From: a virus
Lineage: Duplodnaviria > Caudoviricetes
IMG/VR virus record: IMGVR_UViG_3300016643_000152
Coordinates: 1 to 34,819 of that record
Direction: 5' to 3' (one strand)
DNA: 34,819 nucleotides
Shown here: positions 34,818-34,819 of the stretch, piece after piece
Position numbering within the stretch: the stretch's first letter is position 1
How the letters are laid out: each line of letters starts with the position of its first letter
Notes under the pieces: model-generated
The model's input: the letters and a program-made list of their open reading frames with translations, nothing else
Told to the model about the DNA's origin: nothing
Database searches by the model: none
Translations under genes and position numbers: made by a program

Positions 34818-34819
34818 CT

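Noticed and set aside
1-34819. Alternative genetic code or lysogeny module
   Set aside because: Genes are intact and densely packed under the standard code. No integrase, CI-like repressor or partition genes are visible, although a small part of the genome is outside the window.

Overview
Almost the whole genome of a small HK97-type siphovirus with a long non-contractile tail. The host is very probably a Bacteroidota member: several TAnnTTTG -7 promoter boxes, A-rich translation starts and no obvious Shine-Dalgarno sites. A divergent promoter at about 1640-1670 splits the window into two arms. The + strand early/middle arm (1688-13419) carries SSB, a GH73-like muramidase, a SAM methyltransferase, a GIY-YIG protein, a replication initiator with an internal iteron origin, a PD-(D/E)XK nuclease, thyX, DUF5664, dcd and a RuvC-like resolvase. 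The - strand late arm starts with an RHH-like gene, a glycosyltransferase and an HNH nuclease at the left edge. It appears to continue from the right edge with terL, portal, protease, capsid, neck, tail and lysis genes down to 13473. terS and the N-terminus of terL lie outside the window. No integrase, repressor, polymerase, tRNA or CRISPR array was seen. The most unusual signals point to a possible virion glycosylation and decoration system: (i) a fibre-like protein with an extended Sec-type signal peptide and a dense N-terminal cluster of Bacteroidota O-glycosylation sequons D-(S/T)-(A/I/L/V/M/T); (ii) a head-closure protein fused to an Ala/Thr/Ser-repeat stalk and a Gly-rich tip; (iii) two paralogous GT-B glycosyltransferases in the late arm, one inside the neck module. 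There is also a compact three-hairpin leader RNA with a possible kissing-loop interaction upstream of the replication genes. All product calls come from motif recognition by eye; no database searches were run.
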